Shown one piece after another: positions 60,211-64,000 of a stretch of DNA of 64,000 nucleotides. Source of the DNA: an uncultured Candidatus Rokubacteria bacterium. Its GTDB lineage: Bacteria > Methylomirabilota > Methylomirabilia > Rokubacteriales > CSP1-6. The position numbers and the translations under genes are program-made. The notes below the pieces were generated by a model. That model was not told the DNA's origin, searched no databases, and saw nothing but the letters and a program-made list of their open reading frames with translations. Numbering within the stretch: position 1 is the stretch's first letter; each line of letters starts with the position of its first letter. The stretch is taken from contig CAWBMV010000021.1 in NCBI GenBank assembly GCA_963789955.1, positions 42,876-106,875 on the forward strand, written 5' to 3'.

Positions 60211-60866
60211 TCGGGAGGAGCCGACTCGCCCGGAATCGCGACATCGCGCTGACGACACTCATCGATCTCCTCGTCCAGATCATCTTCGTGTTCGCCCTCG
60301 TACTGATTTCGGCCGATGTGATGGGCAACGAGTCACCCGAGCGAGGCTGGGTGACGCCGGAGGTCTGGAAAACGCTGATCAGCATCTTCGACATCGATCC
60401 TCGCAGCATCCGCGATACGAGCGCCCAGGTCGCGGAGATCAACCGTCAGCACGAGAAGCTCAAAGACGATCTGCTGGCCTGTGACGCGAGAATCGGCGCG
60501 TGCGACAAACAGGCGGGGAAAGGGCCGGGAAACGCTCCGTGCCGAAATTCGGCCGGCGTCGAAATGGTCGTGGCCGAGGCGACGATCGATCGCGACGGAA
60601 GGATCGTCGTCGCGCCGGGACACGATGCGGCGGAGCTCCAGAACCAGCGACCGCTCGGCGCCGGCGCGATCGGCGTGCCGCTCTCCGTCGAGCAGTTCGG
60701 ATCCTTGTTCCGGTCCTGGCGCGAACATGGCCTGGCCCGTCAGCCGTCGTGTGCCTTCAAGGCCGAAGTCAGCTACGACGCCCGCGCCCGAGCCGGCGAC
60801 TATGAACCGGCGCGACGGGCGATCGCGAACTACTTCACCCTGTCAGCGCCGCCGAGGCGCTTCTGA
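60207..60866 (+). CDS. ExbD/MotB/ZorB-like single-pass protein
   Basis: LTTLIDLLVQIIFVF TM with Asp (cf. ExbD LTPLIDV); periplasmic TIDRDGRIVV segment; overlaps the upstream gene by 4 nt. Confidence 0.6.
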   Translation: MIGRSRLARNRDIALTTLIDLLVQIIFVFALVLISADVMGNESPERGWVTPEVWKTLISIFDIDPRSIRDTSAQVAEINRQHEKLKDDLLACDARIGACDKQAGKGPGNAPCRNSAGVEMVVAEATIDRDGRIVVAPGHDAAELQNQRPLGAGAIGVPLSVEQFGSLFRSWREHGLARQPSCAFKAEVSYDARARAGDYEPARRAIANYFTLSAPPRRF

Positions 60867-60878
60867 GGCGTTGACCGC

Positions 60879-61145
60879 GTGGCGCGCGAGACACTCCCGG
60901 ATCTCGCGTACCAGCTGTCGGCGCTCCTGAGCGAGCTCGACGCCGCCATCCGAGCGCGGTCGCCGGAGCTCGGGAGGCAGGAGACCAGCCAGCGACTGGA
61001 GACCGCTCAACCCAACAGCGGGCTGCGCGAAGTGGTGCGGGCCACTCTCCGCTGGTTCTCCCGCCCGCCTACGCGTCAGCCCACCGTCGGGCGTACGCGC
61101 TCCGCGCGCGCGAGATCGCGAAGGTCGACGCGCCGTAGGTCCTAG
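60879..61145 (+). CDS. Small hypothetical protein
   Basis: ORF 12 nt after the operon; no recognisable motif. Confidence 0.3.
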   Translation: MARETLPDLAYQLSALLSELDAAIRARSPELGRQETSQRLETAQPNSGLREVVRATLRWFSRPPTRQPTVGRTRSARARSRRSTRRRS

Positions 61146-61161
61146 CACCGGGGCGTGCTGC

Positions 61162-62214
61162 TCAGGCCGGCAAGATGACCGCCTTGCCCGTCGTCTGCGT
61201 GTCGAAGAGCTTGTAGGCTTCCTCGGCCTGCTCGAGCCTCCAGCGGTGCGTGAAGAGCTTTTCCACGTCCACGCTCCGGTCGGCGACGAACTCGGCGCAC
61301 TCGGCCTGGCCTTGCTTCGAGAACGTCCACGAGCCGACCAGAGTGACCTGCCGACGCAGGAGATCCGGGCTCACGTCCAGGGTCACCTGACCGCGCTCAC
61401 CGACGAAGCACGCCGTGCCCCACGAGCGCACCGCGCGCACGGCCGCGGCGCGGGCGTCGGGCGCCGAGGAGGCGTCGAGCGTCTTGTGGGCGCCTTCGCC
61501 ATGCGTCAGATCGCGGATGGCCTTCACCACGTCGCCCGACTTGGGATCGATCACCTCGTGCGCGCCGAACGCCTGGGCGAGCTTGCGCCGCCCGGGCTCG
61601 ACGTCGATGGCGATGACGCGCGCGCCCATGACGACGGCGAACTGCGTCGCGGACAGGCCCACCGGGCCCTGCCCGAAGATGGCGATGGTTTCTCCACCTT
61701 GTAAATTGATCCGCTTCAGGGCGCCCCACGCCGTGCCGGTACCGCACGAGATTGCGGCGCCGGTGACGAACGAGAGCGAGTCCGGCAGCGGCACCAGGGT
61801 CGACACCGGTACCTTCATGTATTTCGCATGGCCGCCGTGGCCGCCCGAGCCGTAGACCACCGTGCCCGCGAGGCACATCTGCGTCCAGCCTGCCCGGCAG
61901 TGCTTGCAGTTGCCGCAGCCGTCATAGTGGTGGTCCATCACGCGCTGGCCGACGCGCGCCTCCTTCTCGGTGACACCGGCGCCTACCGCGGCGACGACGC
62001 CGCAGGGCTCGTGGCCGGCGATCATGCCGGCCTCCCGCTTGATGCCGCCGGTCACGGCTCCGCCCGGATTGGCCGGAGCGCGATAGTTGTGCAGGTCGCT
62101 GCCGCACATGCCCGAGGCCTTGATCTCGAGGATCACGTCCCTGGGGCCGGGTGTCGGATCGGGGAACTCTCTGACTTCCAGCTTTCGGTCTCCGAGGAAC
62201 ACAACGCCTTTCAT
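61162..62214 (-). CDS. Zinc-binding alcohol dehydrogenase (MDR family)
   Basis: GMCGSDLH, GHEPCG, CGNCKHC..C, GQGPVG. Confidence 0.93.
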   Translation of the reverse strand: MKGVVFLGDRKLEVREFPDPTPGPRDVILEIKASGMCGSDLHNYRAPANPGGAVTGGIKREAGMIAGHEPCGVVAAVGAGVTEKEARVGQRVMDHHYDGCGNCKHCRAGWTQMCLAGTVVYGSGGHGGHAKYMKVPVSTLVPLPDSLSFVTGAAISCGTGTAWGALKRINLQGGETIAIFGQGPVGLSATQFAVVMGARVIAIDVEPGRRKLAQAFGAHEVIDPKSGDVVKAIRDLTHGEGAHKTLDASSAPDARAAAVRAVRSWGTACFVGERGQVTLDVSPDLLRRQVTLVGSWTFSKQGQAECAEFVADRSVDVEKLFTHRWRLEQAEEAYKLFDTQTTGKAVILPA

Positions 62215-62315
62215 GGTTCCCTCCGTGGCGACATTCTGCCAGATTCCTTGACCGCCGGGGGACGGCGCACTACGCTCCCTCAGCGAGACCCACTAAGGGA
62301 CTCCGGAGGATCGCC

Positions 62316-62642
62316 ATGACGGTCTACGAAATGCGGACCTACACGCTGCACGTCGGCAAGATGGGCGAGGCGGTCAAGCTGTATACCGAGTTCGGCTACC
62401 CCGCGCTCCAGAAAGGCGGCCAGGACAAGAAGCTGATCGGCTACTTCCAGGCCGACACGGGCACGATCAATCAGCTCGTCCATCTGTGGAAGTTCAACGA
62501 CGATGCCGACCGTCGCGCGCACTGGGCGTCGGTGTTCGCGAACAAAGATTTCGTCGACGGCTTTGCCGTGAAGTTCCGTCCGTTGCTCGCTTCGCAAGAG
62601 GTCAAGCTGCTGACCGCGGCTCCGTGGGGACCGCATCCCTGA
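62316..62642 (+). CDS. NIPSNAP family protein
   Basis: VYEMRTYTL, GTINQLVHLW. Confidence 0.88.
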   Translation: MTVYEMRTYTLHVGKMGEAVKLYTEFGYPALQKGGQDKKLIGYFQADTGTINQLVHLWKFNDDADRRAHWASVFANKDFVDGFAVKFRPLLASQEVKLLTAAPWGPHP

Positions 62643-62681
62643 GGAGGCTGACGCATCCGGCGTGGGATGATGGGCCTAGGC

Positions 62682-64000
62682 ATGGGGACTGAGGTCAAGT
62701 ACGCCAGGAGCGGAGAGGTTCACATCGCCTATCGTGTCTTTGGCGACGGCCCGCGCGATCTCGTGGTCGTCCCGGGCACGCTCTCTCACGTCGAGCTGTA
62801 CTGGGAGCTCCCCATCAACCAGTACCTGCTGAAACGGCTCACCTCCTTTGCCCGCGTCATCGTCTTCGACAAGCGGGGCCAGGGGCTCTCTGATCGTGTC
62901 GGCGAGCAGACGCTCGAAGAACGCATCGGCGACGTGCGCGCCGTGATGGACGCGGCCGGTTCGGCTCGGGCGACGATCTTTGGCTGGTCAGAAGGCGGGC
63001 CGATGTCGCTGATGTTCTCGGCCACCTACCCCGAGCGCACATCGGCCCTCGTGCTGTGCGGCAGTTTCGCGTGCACCACGGCGGAGCCGTGGCTCGTGAC
63101 CCAGGAGCAATGGAACCAGTTCCTTGCGCTGATCGAGAGCCGCTGGGGTCAGGGTGTTCTCGTGCCCATCAACGCGCCGAGCCGCCAGAACGACGCGGCG
63201 TTCGTCCAGTGGTTCGGCCGCCTGGAGCGCGCGTCGGCCAGCCCCGGCGCCGTCCTCGCGCTGATGCGCGCCAACTACGGGATCGACGTCCGTCACGTTC
63301 TGCCGACGATCCAGGCGCCCACGTTGATCCTCCATCGCGTCGGGGACAAGACGGTTCCGGTCGAAGCGGGCCGCTACCTGGCGCAGCACATCCCCGGCGC
63401 CCGGTATGTCGAGCTCCCGGGCGACGACCACCTGCTGCAGGCGTTCGATCAGGCGACCCTGGATCTGCTGATCGACGAGACCGAAGAATTCATCACCGGC
63501 GCACGCACCGTCCCCGAGCCGGATCGCGTGCTCGTCACCGTGATGTTCACCGACATCGTGAGCTCGACCGAACGGGCGGCCGCGGTGGGTGACCGCCGCT
63601 GGCGAGCGCTGCTGGACGACTATGTCGGCGCGGCTCGCAAGCAGCTCGAACGGTTCCGCGGGCGAGAGATCGACGTGGCGGGCGACGGCCTGTTCGCGAT
63701 CTTCGATGGGCCGGCCCGCGCGATCCGCTGCGCCTGCGCCATCCGCGACGCGGTCCATCACCTGGGCCTCGAAGTACGGGCCGGCGTCCACACCGGCGAA
63801 TGCGAGGTCGCCGGCCCCAAGGTCAGCGGCATCGCGGTGCATACCGGCGCCCGCATCGCCGCGGCGGCTCGGGCCGACGAGGTCCTGGCCTCGGGGACCG
63901 TGCGTGATCTCGTGGCCGGCTCCGGCATCCAGTTCGCCGATCGTGGAAGCCACGTGCTCAAGGGCGTGCCGGGCGACTGGCGGCTCTTCGCGGTCACGTC
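62682..64000 (+). CDS. Alpha/beta hydrolase + class III cyclase fusion (LipJ-like); runs off the right edge
   Basis: Own translation: VKYARSGEVHIAY, FDKRGQGLSDR, GWSEGG, PDRVLVTVMFTDIV, GDG, GVHTGECE, LKGVPGDW. Confidence 0.9.
   Translation, partial: MGTEVKYARSGEVHIAYRVFGDGPRDLVVVPGTLSHVELYWELPINQYLLKRLTSFARVIVFDKRGQGLSDRVGEQTLEERIGDVRAVMDAAGSARATIFGWSEGGPMSLMFSATYPERTSALVLCGSFACTTAEPWLVTQEQWNQFLALIESRWGQGVLVPINAPSRQNDAAFVQWFGRLERASASPGAVLALMRANYGIDVRHVLPTIQAPTLILHRVGDKTVPVEAGRYLAQHIPGARYVELPGDDHLLQAFDQATLDLLIDETEEFITGARTVPEPDRVLVTVMFTDIVSSTERAAAVGDRRWRALLDDYVGAARKQLERFRGREIDVAGDGLFAIFDGPARAIRCACAIRDAVHHLGLEVRAGVHTGECEVAGPKVSGIAVHTGARIAAAARADEVLASGTVRDLVAGSGIQFADRGSHVLKGVPGDWRLFAVT

Noticed and set aside
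56215..60866. Canonical Zorya type I/II, or a methyl-accepting chemotaxis protein
   Set aside because: No ZorC/D/E-like genes, no OmpA-like domain recognised, and no MCP hairpin signature in the helical tail.
1..64000. CRISPR arrays, tRNA/rRNA genes, transposases, and the many long antisense/overlapping ORFs
   Set aside because: No spaced direct repeats, RNA gene signatures or transposase motifs were seen by eye; the shadow ORFs are expected in high-GC DNA and lack motifs.

Overview
High-GC bacterial genomic window. Its gene content resembles Candidatus Rokubacteria/Methylomirabilota: three class III cyclase multidomain genes and sugar ABC clusters with no ATPase. That taxonomic call is an inference. 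Many genes carry single-base frameshifts, most densely at 5.7-12.3 kb and 16.8-20.2 kb, probably long-read assembly errors. The first ~42 kb is mostly metabolism and signalling: ABC transporters, a hydantoinase/oxoprolinase A+B pair, an oxalyl-CoA decarboxylase-like TPP enzyme, an FHA/kinase/TPR/PP2C operon, tandem CE7 esterases and flavin monooxygenases. Two loci stand out. (1) At 42.0-48.2 kb is a compact RiPP-like cluster: an S26-like peptidase/GNAT-like protein, a PqqD/RRE, three radical SAM enzymes, a 64-aa Cys-containing precursor with a YxPPxL leader and C-terminal Ser-Ser, an HPr-kinase-like protein and a nucleotidyltransferase. It has no lasso cyclase and converges on a putative sigma54-driven HTH/ExeA/HD-like/Wza/Wzc operon. 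(2) At 54.4-61.1 kb is a block bracketed by an intact Zn-dehydrogenase gene and a decayed copy of its 3' half. It encodes a pseudokinase and a four-gene operon: a membrane coiled-coil protein, a vWA-like protein, a MotA/ZorA-like channel with a long helical tail, and an ExbD/MotB-like partner. This may be an uncharacterised ion-driven envelope or anti-phage system.
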